A stretch of 64,000 nt of DNA from assembly GCF_003334305.1 (NCBI RefSeq), contig NZ_QOWS01000001.1. The stretch is one strand, 5' to 3'. Under the pieces are notes generated by a model that saw only the letters and a program-made list of their open reading frames with translations, did no database searches and was not told the origin of the DNA. The position numbers were made by a program, and so were the translations under genes. This document shows positions 1-10,695 of the stretch, one piece after another. The stretch's first letter is position 1, and every line of letters starts with the position of its first letter. Source of the DNA: Escherichia coli. Lineage in GTDB: Bacteria; Pseudomonadota; Gammaproteobacteria; Enterobacterales; Enterobacteriaceae.

Positions 1-720
1 GCCGGAATAAAAATTCCACACATCGACCAGTCGCAGGAGTCTGATGCGAAATTCCTGACCCGTCTTGCAGAACGCAACGGCGGTGAGGTGTCGGTAAAAA
101 TGGGAAAACTGTTGTTTCTCAAAGCGGGGCAGGGAGTGACGGCCAGCGGTAAAAAAATCCCGCAGGTCACCATAACCCGCAGCGACGGCGACCGCCATCA
201 TTTTGCGATTGCTGACCGTGGAGCCTACACCGGTGTAACGGCAAAATGGCTACACACTAAAGACCCGAAGCCGCAAAAGCAGAAGGTAAAACTGAAACGC
301 AAAAAGAAAGAGAAACACCTGCGCGCACTGGAGCACCCGAAAGCGAAACCGGTCAGGCAGAAGAAAGCGCCTAAAGTACCGGAAGCGCGTGAAGGTGAAT
401 ACATGGCCGGTGAGGCTGACAACGTTTTCGCCCTGACCACGGTATATGCCACGAAAGCGCAGGCCATGCGCGCCGCTCAGGCGAAGTGGGATAAACTGCA
501 ACGGGGCGTTGCGGAGTTCTCTATCAGCCTGGCTACCGGTCGGGCAGATATTTACACGGAAACACCGGTCAAAGTGTCTGGCTTTAAGCGCGTCATAGAC
601 GAGCAGGACTGGACAATCACTAAGGTGACACATTTTCTGAATAATAGCGGCTTCACGACGTCCTTAGAGCTTGAGGTCAGGCTTTCTGATGTGGAGTACG
701 AAACAGAAGATGATGAGTGA
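1..720 (+). CDS. yegZ: Phage P2-like tail protein D (gpD) C-terminal fragment; 5' end runs off the window (cryptic prophage remnant)
   Basis: Reading frame is open from base 1 through stop at 720; translation resembles the C-terminus of P2 gpD; immediately followed by ogr as in the P2 late region. Confidence 0.75.
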   Translation, partial: AGIKIPHIDQSQESDAKFLTRLAERNGGEVSVKMGKLLFLKAGQGVTASGKKIPQVTITRSDGDRHHFAIADRGAYTGVTAKWLHTKDPKPQKQKVKLKRKKKEKHLRALEHPKAKPVRQKKAPKVPEAREGEYMAGEADNVFALTTVYATKAQAMRAAQAKWDKLQRGVAEFSISLATGRADIYTETPVKVSGFKRVIDEQDWTITKVTHFLNNSGFTTSLELEVRLSDVEYETEDDE

Positions 721-801
721 TGTTTTTGTTTTATCTGTTTGTTTTGTAAGGATAAATTAACTAAAATGGCACCATCAACAAAACCGGAAGAGGTGCTCGC
801 G

Positions 802-1020
802 ATGTTTCATTGTCCTTTATGCCAGCATGCCGCACATGCGCGTACAAGTCGCTATATCACTGACACGACAAAAGAGCGTTATCATCAGTGCCAGAACGTG
901 AATTGCAGCGCCACGTTCATCACTTATGAGTCGGTACAGCGATACATCGTGAAGCCGGGAGAAGTCCACGCCGTAAGGCCGCACCCGTTGCCATCAGGGC
1001 AGCAAATTATGTGGATGTAA
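802..1020 (+). CDS. ogrK: P2 Ogr-type zinc-finger late transcription activator (cryptic prophage)
   Basis: ATG at 802 gives 72 aa starting MFHCPLCQHAAHA with CxxC...CxxC zinc-finger spacing; the ORF-track upstream extension (739) is probably not translated. Confidence 0.85.
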   Translation: MFHCPLCQHAAHARTSRYITDTTKERYHQCQNVNCSATFITYESVQRYIVKPGEVHAVRPHPLPSGQQIMWM

Positions 1021-1030
1021 TTACAAACAG

Positions 1031-1058
1031 AAAGCCCCTCAGTCGAGGGGCTTTTTTG
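1031..1058 (+). terminator. Rho-independent terminator downstream of ogrK
   Basis: GC hairpin gcccctc-agtc-gaggggc followed by a T6 run. Confidence 0.6.
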
Positions 1059-1121
1059 TCGATGTGGTCAATGTGTGGACGTGACCAGAAATAAATCCTT
1101 TTATTTCAATTTATTGTACGT

Positions 1122-1208
1122 AAAAAATAAGCCCGTGTAAGGGAGATTACACAGGCTAAGGAGGTGGTTCCTGGTACAGCTAGCATTTTATGGGTTATGT
1201 TTTTCAGC
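1122..1208 (-). ncRNA. cyaR: CyaR (RyeE) Hfq-dependent sRNA
   Basis: Reverse complement reads GCTGAAAAACATAACCCATAAAATGCTAGCTGTACCAGGAACCACCTCCTTAGCC...CACGGGCTTATTTTTT, matching the CyaR sequence including its terminator hairpin and U-tail. Confidence 0.8.
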
Positions 1209-1292
1209 GAAACGGATGATAACCTTAATAAATGCAGCTGTATGTGATCGGTTTCTAAGAATTTTCCATCCGGGAAAAATAATCGAAATTAA

Positions 1293-2654
1293 TCACTTAC
1301 CGTGGGGATTACGCGTGGTTTCCCCGGAGAAATTACGCATCAGCAGCGCGTAATTGAGCTCAAGATCCTGCGGGACCGGGAGCCACACAGTATAACCATC
1401 GCCTGGTGCTATCGGCATAGCTTCGCCTTTGGCGTTTTCCATGTGCTCAAGGGTAAAATTAATGTTGCCTTGCGGCGTCATCAGCTCAAGGCTGTCGCCA
1501 ACGGAGAATTTATTTTTCACCGCTACCGCCGCGAGGTCCCCCTTGCGCTCACCGGTAAACTCACCAACAAACTGCTGGCGGTCAGAAACTGAATAACCGT
1601 ATTCGTAGTTCTGATAATCGTCGTGAGTATGACGACGCAGGAAACCTTCGGTATAGCCACGATGCGCTAGACCTTCCAGAGTTTCCAGCAGGCTGGTATC
1701 GAACGGTTTTCCCGCAGCGGCGTCATCGATAGCTTTGCGGTAAACCTGTGCGGTGCGTGCACAATAGTAGAAAGATTTGGTACGACCTTCGATTTTCAGC
1801 GAATGCACGCCCATTTTGGTCAGGCGTTCTACATGGGCGATGGCGCGCAGATCTTTCGAGTTCATGATGTAAGTGCCGTGCTCATCTTCAAACGCGGTCA
1901 TATACTCGCCCGGACGCTGGGCCTCTTCGATCATAAACACTTTGTCGGTTGGTGCGCCGATACCCAGCGTCGGCTCAACATTTTGCACCGGAATCGGCTC
2001 GTACTTGTGTACGATGTTGCCAACATCATCTTCTTTCCCTTCCTGGACGTTGTACTCCCAGCGGCAGGCGTTGGTGCAGGTGCCCTGGTTCGGGTCGCGC
2101 TTGTTGATATAGCCAGAGAGCAGGCAGCGACCGGAGTAGGCCATGCACAGCGCGCCGTGAACGAAGATCTCGATCTCCATATCCGGCACCTGATTGCGGA
2201 TCTCTTCAATCTCTTCCAGCGACAGCTCGCGAGAGAGGATCACGCGGGTCAGGCCCATTTGCTGCCAGAATTTCACCGTCGCCCAGTTCACGGCGTTAGC
2301 CTGCACCGAAAGGTGGATCGGCATTTCAGGGAAGTGCTCACGCACCAGCATAATCAGCCCTGGATCGGACATAATCAGCGCATCCGGCCCCATTTCCACC
2401 ACCGGTTTCAGGTCACGGATAAAGGTTTTCAGCTTGGCGTTGTGCGGTGCAATGTTGACCACGACATAAAACTTTTTCCCCAGCGCGTGGGCTTCATTGA
2501 TGCCGAGCTGAAGATTTTCGTGGTTGAATTCGTTGTTGCGCACACGCAGGGAATAACGCGGCTGGCCCGCATAAACAGCATCTGCGCCATAAGCGAAAGC
2601 GTAACGCATATTTTTCAGCGTTCCCGCCGGGGAAAGGAGTTCCGGTTTAAACAT
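1293..2654 (-). CDS. yegQ: U32 family peptidase-like protein (YegQ; reported as tRNA hydroxylation factor TrhP)
   Basis: 453 aa ORF; translation matches YegQ family; conserved cysteine-rich C-terminal region. Confidence 0.85.
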   Translation of the reverse strand: MFKPELLSPAGTLKNMRYAFAYGADAVYAGQPRYSLRVRNNEFNHENLQLGINEAHALGKKFYVVVNIAPHNAKLKTFIRDLKPVVEMGPDALIMSDPGLIMLVREHFPEMPIHLSVQANAVNWATVKFWQQMGLTRVILSRELSLEEIEEIRNQVPDMEIEIFVHGALCMAYSGRCLLSGYINKRDPNQGTCTNACRWEYNVQEGKEDDVGNIVHKYEPIPVQNVEPTLGIGAPTDKVFMIEEAQRPGEYMTAFEDEHGTYIMNSKDLRAIAHVERLTKMGVHSLKIEGRTKSFYYCARTAQVYRKAIDDAAAGKPFDTSLLETLEGLAHRGYTEGFLRRHTHDDYQNYEYGYSVSDRQQFVGEFTGERKGDLAAVAVKNKFSVGDSLELMTPQGNINFTLEHMENAKGEAMPIAPGDGYTVWLPVPQDLELNYALLMRNFSGETTRNPHGK

Positions 2655-2756
2655 AATTCTCTCGTTCTGATGACAGGTCAGATCCGCTTCACCTGATGAA
2701 GCGGTTAGGGGAGTGCCCCCACTTTAAGGGCGGGCATTGTAGCGCAATCGGCGGGT

Positions 2757-3053
2757 TTAGCTCCAGTGTAAATGTCTGGTGGCGTCCTGGTTTTGGTTAA
2801 GGATACGAATGACGATAATTTCCCCTGGTGATTGCAGGAAATAAATGACGTGGCGTTCAAAAGGAAGAACAAAAATACCTTCGCCTAATTCAGGTCTGGG
2901 CGTACCTATATTATTGTTACTCAGAATCTGGAGAACGTCTGAAAGATGTTCCACATATCTGTCGGCTTGTGGTTCGCCGAAATGGTGATAGCTGTAATAC
3001 CAGATGCCTTCTAAATCCTCATTGGCTTTTGGCATGAGTTTAATAATACGCAC
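2757..3053 (-). CDS. ParE-like toxin (RelE/ParE superfamily) of a type II toxin-antitoxin pair
   Basis: 98 aa from a GTG start preceded by AGGA 6 nt upstream; ParE-like sequence pattern (EDLEGIW...FGE.QA..Y...L...P..G...FERHVIYF...IIVIRILNQNQD); lies 1 nt after the antitoxin stop. Confidence 0.7.
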   Translation of the reverse strand: MRIIKLMPKANEDLEGIWYYSYHHFGEPQADRYVEHLSDVLQILSNNNIGTPRPELGEGIFVLPFERHVIYFLQSPGEIIVIRILNQNQDATRHLHWS

Positions 3054-3054
3054 A

Positions 3055-3306
3055 TTATTTCCTTATCCCTGCTTTCACCTTCCGTAAGAACGCGTCCTTT
3101 TCCCACGGCTGAGCTTCACCACTACTCAACCCTTCTGCGAGCATGTCACGTAACGCTTGCAGGCGAGACTCTGCTTGCTTTTCTCGAAGTAATCGCAGTG
3201 ACTCACGGATCACTTCGCTTTGGGTGCGATAGTCGCCGGATTCAATTAAGGACTCGATAAATTCACGCAACTCATCGCCGAGATCAACCGTCATCGTTCT
3301 GGCCAT
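3055..3306 (-). CDS. ParD-like ribbon-helix-helix antitoxin
   Basis: 83 aa from ATG at 3306 (MARTMTVDLGDELREF...), typical ParD/COG3609 N-terminus; an alternative in-frame ATG at 3351 would add 15 aa. Confidence 0.7.
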   Translation of the reverse strand: MARTMTVDLGDELREFIESLIESGDYRTQSEVIRESLRLLREKQAESRLQALRDMLAEGLSSGEAQPWEKDAFLRKVKAGIRK

Positions 3307-3395
3307 TTTACGCCCGCCTGTAAGTAAAAATCTTACATCAGTGTATGTCATAAACCGGATAGCGTCACGAAAGTATTAGAAGATATTTTGGCACA

Positions 3396-3407
3396 TGAAC
3401 ATGTTCA
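3396..3407. promoter_or_regulatory. Perfect 12-bp palindrome TGAACATGTTCA upstream of parD; candidate operator for autoregulation
   Basis: Palindrome seen directly in sequence, about 90 bp upstream of the preferred parD start. Confidence 0.35.
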
Positions 3408-3559
3408 GGAGGATAAGTATGGGATGGTAAACAAAGAAAGCACAACGAGTGCTCGTCAGTGCCCACTATTTTAATGGCGGCGGTTACTCTTAATTATTAA
3501 TAACTAAGCGTTATTTGGATATAAAGCCGGACGCCAACAACCCACGCCCGGCATCGTAA

Positions 3560-3892
3560 TTACGTATTGTCTTTCACCGTCTGGCTTGTGCCATTGGCTT
3601 TAACGGAGGCAATTCCGGTTTCACGAGATTGCGCGGTGGCGTACATCTGGCTGGAGCCGATAATTTGATGATTAGCGGCTTTCAGATTGAAATAGAATTT
3701 GCCGTTACTTGCCGTTTTTTTCTCATAGCGTTCTTCTTGCGGGCTGTTGCTACGCACCGACGCGATGCCCTTTTCCGCAGAGGCTTTTGAGGTATACAGC
3801 TCGCTGGTGAGGATAGTCTCACCATTGCCCGCTTTTAGCACAAACCGGAACTGATTATCACTGCTCTTACTGAGTTCAAACCAACCAGCCAT
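3560..3892 (-). CDS. yegP: YegP, tandem DUF1508 (UPF0339) protein
   Basis: 110 aa from ATG at 3892 (MAGWFELSK...); two repeated halves (xGxxxxxSExYxSKxSAxxGIASVxxN). Confidence 0.8.
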   Translation of the reverse strand: MAGWFELSKSSDNQFRFVLKAGNGETILTSELYTSKASAEKGIASVRSNSPQEERYEKKTASNGKFYFNLKAANHQIIGSSQMYATAQSRETGIASVKANGTSQTVKDNT

Positions 3893-4082
3893 AATGACTC
3901 CTTGATTGAAATTGTGTATCGAAAACAGCATCTAAAGGTGCTGTTTACCGATTAAAGTATGAGCGATTTTCTGATGCCTGCCAGGGCGGAGAGATAATGT
4001 CAGTTTGCTGACCATGCGTGGGATAATGTTGCCGGATCGGGTCTGAACGCCATCTCCGGCTAACAAAATAATGTCGCTAAAA

Positions 4083-4805
4083 CTAAACGATGCGGCAGGC
4101 GTCGGCTTCCCAGCGGTAACCGACGCCGTAAACGGCGCGGATAAATGACTGTTCGGCGTCGAGAGATTCCAGCTTGCGGCGCAGGTTTTTAATGTGGCTG
4201 TCAATGGTGCGGTCGGTTACTACGCGGTAGTCGTCATAAAGATGATTGAGCAATTGCTCTCGGGAGAACACTTTTCCTGGTTCATGAGAGAGCGTTTTCA
4301 GCAGACGAAATTCCGCAGGCGTCAGGTCAAGCATTTTACCGCGCCATGAAGCCTGAAAACGACCTTCGTCGATAATCAACGGGCTTTCAGCATCCTGTTG
4401 CTGCAACTCGCGCTGCGGTTTGCAACGGCGCAAAATGGTTTTGACGCGCGCTACCACTTCCCGTGGGCTGTACGGCTTACAGATATAATCATCTGCGCCA
4501 ATCTCCAGCCCCAGCAGGCGATCGATCTCTTCGATTTTTGCCGTCACCATCACGATCGGAATGTCAGAAAAACGACGAATTTCCCGGCACAGCGTCAAGC
4601 CATCGGTGCCAGGGAGCATCAGATCCAACAGGATCAGATCCGGTGGTGTCTGGCGCACATACGGCAGTACCTGATCGCCGTGGCTGATAAGCGTCGGCGC
4701 ATAGCTCGCAGCACGCAGATAATCAATGAGCAACTGCCCCAGCTTCGGTTCATCTTCCACGATCAAAATACGCGGTGTGTTTTCGTCGATTGGTAACTCG
4801 GTCAT
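4083..4805 (-). CDS. baeR: Response regulator BaeR (OmpR family)
   Basis: 240 aa; receiver domain with conserved Asp and winged-helix C-terminus; start overlaps baeS stop (ATGA). Confidence 0.95.
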
Positions 4806-6205
4806 ACTTCTCTCTGTAAATCCCGTTCCAGCGGTAACTCTACTGTAATGCTTACCCCGCCAAAAGGCGAATGGGCAGCAATAATGCGACCATTATGTGC
4901 TTCAACAATGTTCAGGCAAATCGCCAGCCCCAGCCCGGAACCGCCGCTGGCACGGTTGCGGGAACCTTCGGTGCGATAAAAACGTTCAAACAATTTTTGT
5001 AGCTGATCGTCACTGACACCTGGCGCACTGTCGGCAAAGGTCAGGCGCACCGTTTTGTCGCGCTGCCCGGCAGAGATTTGCAGGCTGCCGCCGCTGTCAG
5101 TGTAGCGCAGGCTGTTTTCCAGTAAGTTATTGAATAACTGCATTAAACGGTCGCGATCGCCAAATACGGTAATACTGTCTGGCAGGGAAAATTGCAGTTT
5201 CAGGCCACGACTGGCGAATCGTTCGCGAAATGCGCCGCCCGCCACTTCCAGCAGTGGGATCAAATCTACCGGTGCTTTTTGATAGGCGAGAGCGCCTTCA
5301 TCAGACATCGACAACTGATGGAGATCGTCAACCAGTTTGGTCAGTGTACCGACCTCCGCCTGTAAAGACGCCACCGTCTCCGGCGTGAATTTACGCACGC
5401 CATCCTGAATGGCTTCCAGTTCACCGCGCAGCACCGCTAATGGCGTACGCAGTTCGTGAGAAATATCGGCCATAAAATCGCGCCGCATTTGCTGGTTTTT
5501 CTCCAGTGTGTTGGCAAGCTGGTTGAAGTCTTGCGCCAGTTTGCCCAGTTCATCTTCACTGGTGGGCGTTACGCGGGTAGTGAAATCGCCCGCCGCCAGT
5601 TTGTGCGTGCCATCGACAAGTCGTTTTACCGGTGCCAGTAAACCGCGCGCCAGCAGAAAGGTGGCGAGCGCCGCGAGTAACGTTGCCAGAGCGACAATCA
5701 ACCAGCTGGTTTGCCGCTGTTGTTTATCGAAATTGATATCAGTATTGCGCGTTAACCGCTCAACGGGGGAGGCGATCACCGCGCCAACTTCCGCACCGTT
5801 GACCAGAATGGGTCGCCGTGTACCGTCAGGTGGAATCGGCGCTCGCGGACCAACCAGCACTTTGTTGTTTTGATCAACCACCCAGAACTGGGTACGCCAG
5901 CCGTGCGGTGGCATACCCGGGCCGGGTTTATCTTCCGAATTATCGTGTTCAAATGAACGCAGGATCTGAAAGACAAAGCGATCATTGTTGCGCAGGAAGC
6001 GCCAGTTGCCATGCTGCGCATACTGCTCGCCAAGCGCATCACTTAACAGTTGTAATCGCTGTTCATTACCATGCTTGATGTAATCAATAAAGCCACGCTC
6101 AAAACTGATACGCACCGCCCAGTGCATACTGATCAGCAAGACAATGCAGGTGGCGAAAATCGCCAGAAACAGTTTGCCGGTAATACCAGGTCGCCAGAAC
6201 TTCAT
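4802..6205 (-). CDS. baeS: Sensor histidine kinase BaeS
   Basis: 467 aa; two TM segments, HAMP, HisKA (H-box SHELRTPL) and HATPase domains. Confidence 0.95.
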
Positions 6206-7617
6206 TGCGCGCTCCTTTTTCGCCGCGAAATAGCTACATTTTGATGCGTATCGTTCGGCACTCTGGCAAAGATGAACGCCGGAAGGGCGATGATCAACGC
6301 CATGCTAAGCCAGGTGTACATAAAGACGGTTTGTGTGGTGCCGCTGTCGACGCTGACATGCTGTGAACCAAAAAGTCCCAGCAACAGCCCGGCGATAGTG
6401 ACGCCGATACTCATCGACAATTGCATAATCATCGACAGCAGGCTGTTGCCGCTGCTCGCCAGATTGTCCGGGAGATCTTTCAGCGTCAGGGTGTTCATGG
6501 AGGAGAAACGCGTCGAGTTGACCATCCCTTGTAAAAACAGGACGAACGGCAAAACGTAGTACCAGCCCAGCAGGGCGGTAGTCATAAACAACAGGGTGAC
6601 CAGCGACAGACCCAGCGTGGTCGCTACCAGTACCCGACGATAACCAAAGCGATTCACCACCTGTACCACAATTCGCTTCATTCCCATGCTGCCAAGCACC
6701 ATCGGGATCATCATTAGTCCGGCATGAAACGGCGAGAAACCGAGGCCAATTTGCAGGAAAACCGGTGTCATAAAGGGCAACATGCCACTGCCAATACGTC
6801 CGGCAAAGCTCCCCGCCAGGCCCAGCGAAAAGGTACGAGTACGGAACAGTTTCAGACTGAACAGGGCACGGTTGTTATTTCTGGCGTGCAGCAGATAAAG
6901 CACCAGTGCCACCACGCCAACTGCGACCAGGCCTGCAATCGTCAGCGGCGATAAACCTGTACCTTTACTGCCGTCCAGCGCCAGGGTTAATACCGCCATG
7001 CCAACCGCCAGCAATAAAAATCCGGAGAGATCAAAGCGCCGCGTCTGCATGGTGTAGTTCGGCATTAACAGCAATGTGGCGATCGCACCGATAATCCCCA
7101 CCGGAATGTTGATCAAAAAGATCCAGTGCCACGACGCGTACTCCACCAGCAGACCGCCGAGCGCCGGACCGAGCAGCGGACCGACCTGACCGGGTAACGT
7201 GACAAAGGTCATCGCCGCCATATATTGCTCGCGCGGTACGATTTTCATCACCGTCAATCTGCCGACCGGCACCATCATCGCGCCGCCAACGCCCTGTAAC
7301 GCGCGTGCCAGCAACAGTTCGTTCAGCGTCCCGGAAAGCGCGCAAAACAGTGAACCGAGAGTAAACAGCACGATGGCGGTAAAGAAAATATTGCGCACGC
7401 CGACTTTGTCCGCCAGCCAGCCGCTGGCGGGCAGCATCACCGCCACGGTCAGCACATAAGAGACAATGACCATGTGCATATGCAACGGACTTTCCCCGAG
7501 GCTTTGCGCCATTGAGGGAAGGGCGGTGTTTACGATGGTGGTGTCCAGCGACTGCATAAAGAAGCCGAAAGCCACAATCCACAATTGCCAACGGGTGCTG
7601 TCGGGAAGATCTGTCAT
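6202..7617 (-). CDS. mdtD: MFS transporter MdtD
   Basis: 471 aa polytopic membrane protein; MFS-like repeats; position between mdtC and baeS. Confidence 0.9.
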   Translation of the reverse strand: MTDLPDSTRWQLWIVAFGFFMQSLDTTIVNTALPSMAQSLGESPLHMHMVIVSYVLTVAVMLPASGWLADKVGVRNIFFTAIVLFTLGSLFCALSGTLNELLLARALQGVGGAMMVPVGRLTVMKIVPREQYMAAMTFVTLPGQVGPLLGPALGGLLVEYASWHWIFLINIPVGIIGAIATLLLMPNYTMQTRRFDLSGFLLLAVGMAVLTLALDGSKGTGLSPLTIAGLVAVGVVALVLYLLHARNNNRALFSLKLFRTRTFSLGLAGSFAGRIGSGMLPFMTPVFLQIGLGFSPFHAGLMMIPMVLGSMGMKRIVVQVVNRFGYRRVLVATTLGLSLVTLLFMTTALLGWYYVLPFVLFLQGMVNSTRFSSMNTLTLKDLPDNLASSGNSLLSMIMQLSMSIGVTIAGLLLGLFGSQHVSVDSGTTQTVFMYTWLSMALIIALPAFIFARVPNDTHQNVAISRRKRSAQ

Positions 7618-10600
7618 TTACTCGGTTACCGTTTGTTTAGGTTTACGCGAAAAACGCAGCCGCAGACGGTCGAAAAAGAGATACACCACCGGCGTGGTAT
7701 ACAGCGTAAGGAGCTGGCTCATTACCAGTCCGCCGACAATGGTGATCCCCAGGGGTTGCCGCAGCTCCGAGCCGTCGCCGCCCGACAATACCAGCGGCAG
7801 CGCACCAAACAGCGCCGCCAGGGTGGTCATCATAATCGGGCGAAAACGCAGCAGACAGGCCTGGAAAATAGCTTCCTGCGGCGTCAGGTTACCGTGCCGT
7901 TGGGCTTCAAGCGCAAAATCGACCATCATAATGGCGTTTTTCTTCACGATGCCGATTAATAGCATGATCCCTATCAGGGCGATTAGGCTGAACGGGGCAT
8001 TGAACAGCTCCAGCGCCAACAGCGCTCCAACGCCCGCCGAGGGCAGGGTGGAGAGAATCGTCAGCGGATGTACGTAACTCTCGTAAAGGATACCCAGCAC
8101 GATATACACCGTGGCGATGGCGGCGATAATCAGGATCACCTGCGAGTTCATCGTCTCCTGGAACACCTGCGCCGTGCCGGCAAAACTGCCGCGCACCGTC
8201 GAAGGCACACCAAGCTGGGTCATTGCGCGATCGATCGCCGCACTGGCGTCCGAGAGCGATTTTCCGGTCGGCAGGTTAAACGAAATGGTCGAGGCCGCCG
8301 ATAATCCCTGATGATTCACCGATAGTGGGGCATTCGCCGGTTGCCATTTAGCGAAATACGACAGCGGGATCGCTTTGCCTTCGTTATTGATAACGAACAT
8401 TTTTTCCAGCGCACTGATGTCCTGGGTATAGCGCGGATCCACTTCCATCACCACTTTATACTGGTTCATCGGCTGGTAAATGGTCGAGATTTGCCGCTGA
8501 CCGAAGGCGTTATTTAACAGACTGTTGGCGGCTTGTACGTCGATTCCCAGCCGTGCCATGGTGTCACGGTCGTAAACCAGATTCATCTCCGCGCCGTTAT
8601 CCTGCTGATCGGAGTTCACGTCCGCCAGTTCCGGCAACGTCGCCAGTTTTTTGCGGATTTTCGGCTCCCATTCGCGCAGTGCCGCCAGGTCGTCGGATAA
8701 CAACGTGTACTGGTAGCTGGCGTTCGACTGACGCCCACCAACGCGAATATCCTGTACCGCCATCAGGAACAGATTCGCCCCCGGTTCTTTCGCCAGTTTT
8801 ACGCGCAGACGGTCGATAATTTGCTGCGCCGTTTCGCTGCGTTCGTCGCGTGGCTTGAGGGTGATAAACATCATCCCGCTGTTCACTCGCGAACCGCCTG
8901 TAAAGCCGGTGACATTATCCACTGCCGGATCGTCACGGATAATTTTCATGAAATCCTGCAACTTACCGCGCATCGCCTGAAACGAAATACTCTGATCCGC
9001 CTGAATCCCGCCCATCAACACGCCAGTGTCCTGCTCCGGGAAGAAGGTTTTCGGGATCGAGATATACAGCCAGATATTCAGCGCAATGGTGCCAAGCAGC
9101 ACCACGCCCACCAGACGGGTATGATTGAGCACCCATTTCAGTGACTTGCCGTAGCCTTGTTGCAGGGCTACCAACATGCGACCAAAACCACGCAGTCGCT
9201 TTTGCTCGCGCGGCTTGCTGGCTTTCAGCATCCAGCCACACATCATTGGCGTTAATGTCAGAGAAACCAGCAACGAAATACCAATGGCGACAGAAAGCGT
9301 CACGGCAAACTCGCGTAACAGTCGGCCCGGCAATCCGCCCATCAACAGCAGCGGCAGGAACACCGCCACCAGTGACAGACTCATCGACAGCACCGTAAAA
9401 CCGACTTCGCGAGTACCTTGCAGTGCGGCTTGCAACGGTTTCATTCCCGCTTCCAGATGACGGGCAATGTTTTCCAGCACCACGATGGCGTCATCCACCA
9501 CGAAACCAGTAGCGATGGTGAGCGCCATTAACGAAAGGTTATTGAGACTGAATCCGCACAGGTACATCGCCGCAAACGTACCAATCAGCGAAACCGGCAC
9601 CGAAACGGCGGGAATAATAGTGGCGCGACCCGAGCGCAGGAATAAAAATACCACCAGAATCACCAGCGCCACCGAGATAATCAGCGTTTGCTCGACTTCT
9701 TCCAGCGAGGCGCGAATGGTGGGGGAGCGATCCTGGGCAATTTGCAGATCAATCGCCGCCGGAATGGTTTCCTGCAACTCCGGTAATTTTGCCCGGATGC
9801 TGTCAACCGTCTGGATAATATTGGCTTCCGGCAGCTTGCGGATCATCAGCAAAATAGCCGGTTTGGCATTGGTCATCCCGGCGTTACGTACATCCTGTAC
9901 AGAGTCGGTCACTGTCGCCACATCGCCCAGACGAACCGCGCCGCCGTTGTTGTAATGAATAATCAGCGGCTGATATTCGGCGGCGGTTTTTAGCTCATCA
10001 TTGGTCTGGATCTGCCAGCGGTGAGTGCCATCTTCCAGCGCCCCCTGCGGTTTACGCACGTTGGCATTGCTGATGGCAGTGCGTACGTCGTCCAGCGAGA
10101 CGCCCTGATTAAACAGCGCCTGCGGATTCAGCCCGACGCGTACGGCGGGCAGTGAGCTGCCGCCGACATCGACATCACCAACACCGTCGATTTGCGAAAT
10201 CGTCGGAGCCAGCTGCGTCGAGGCAAAATCGTACAGTTCACCCTGCGAATAAGTATCGGATGTCAGCGTGAGGATCATAATTGGCGCATCCGACGGGTTA
10301 GCTTTGCGATAGGTCGGACGGCTGGGCATCCCGCTGGGCAGCAAACTTTGTGCAGCGTTGATCGCCGCCTGCACATCGCGCGCCGCGCCGTTGATATCCC
10401 GGTCAAAATCAAACTGCAAAATAATACGCGTGCTGCCGAGCGAACTGCTGGAGGTCATTTCACTGACTCCGGCAATGCGCCCAAGTGAGCGCTCCAGCGG
10501 CGTGGCAACGGAAGACGCCATTGTTTCTGGTGACGCACCGGGCAGCGAGGCGCTGACCATAATCACCGGAAAATCGACCTGCGGCAGCGGGGCGACCGGC

Positions 10601-10695
10601 AGCATACGGAAGCCCAGTATGCCGCACAGGGTAATGGCAACCGACAGTAAAATCGTCGCCACCGGGCGGTAAATGAAGAGGGCAAAAAACTTCAC
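7618..10695 (-). CDS. mdtC: RND multidrug efflux pump subunit MdtC
   Basis: 1025 aa; AcrB/RND family; GTG start immediately after mdtB stop. Confidence 0.95.
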   Translation of the reverse strand: MKFFALFIYRPVATILLSVAITLCGILGFRMLPVAPLPQVDFPVIMVSASLPGASPETMASSVATPLERSLGRIAGVSEMTSSSSLGSTRIILQFDFDRDINGAARDVQAAINAAQSLLPSGMPSRPTYRKANPSDAPIMILTLTSDTYSQGELYDFASTQLAPTISQIDGVGDVDVGGSSLPAVRVGLNPQALFNQGVSLDDVRTAISNANVRKPQGALEDGTHRWQIQTNDELKTAAEYQPLIIHYNNGGAVRLGDVATVTDSVQDVRNAGMTNAKPAILLMIRKLPEANIIQTVDSIRAKLPELQETIPAAIDLQIAQDRSPTIRASLEEVEQTLIISVALVILVVFLFLRSGRATIIPAVSVPVSLIGTFAAMYLCGFSLNNLSLMALTIATGFVVDDAIVVLENIARHLEAGMKPLQAALQGTREVGFTVLSMSLSLVAVFLPLLLMGGLPGRLLREFAVTLSVAIGISLLVSLTLTPMMCGWMLKASKPREQKRLRGFGRMLVALQQGYGKSLKWVLNHTRLVGVVLLGTIALNIWLYISIPKTFFPEQDTGVLMGGIQADQSISFQAMRGKLQDFMKIIRDDPAVDNVTGFTGGSRVNSGMMFITLKPRDERSETAQQIIDRLRVKLAKEPGANLFLMAVQDIRVGGRQSNASYQYTLLSDDLAALREWEPKIRKKLATLPELADVNSDQQDNGAEMNLVYDRDTMARLGIDVQAANSLLNNAFGQRQISTIYQPMNQYKVVMEVDPRYTQDISALEKMFVINNEGKAIPLSYFAKWQPANAPLSVNHQGLSAASTISFNLPTGKSLSDASAAIDRAMTQLGVPSTVRGSFAGTAQVFQETMNSQVILIIAAIATVYIVLGILYESYVHPLTILSTLPSAGVGALLALELFNAPFSLIALIGIMLLIGIVKKNAIMMVDFALEAQRHGNLTPQEAIFQACLLRFRPIMMTTLAALFGALPLVLSGGDGSELRQPLGITIVGGLVMSQLLTLYTTPVVYLFFDRLRLRFSRKPKQTVTE

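Noticed and set aside
739-801. N-terminal extension of ogrK in the ORF track
   Set aside because: The Ogr zinc-finger protein begins at MFHCPLCQ (ATG 802) with an upstream GGAAGAGG RBS; the extension is unlikely to be translated.
1803-2696. 297-aa ORF on the plus strand opposite yegQ
   Set aside because: Lies entirely antisense to a well-supported conserved gene; no RBS or recognisable domain. Typical spurious antisense ORF in GC-rich coding DNA.
3932-4204. 90-aa ORF between yegP and baeR, overlapping the baeR 3' end
   Set aside because: Overlaps baeR in another frame and has low-complexity composition without recognisable motifs; more likely intergenic or promoter sequence for yegP.
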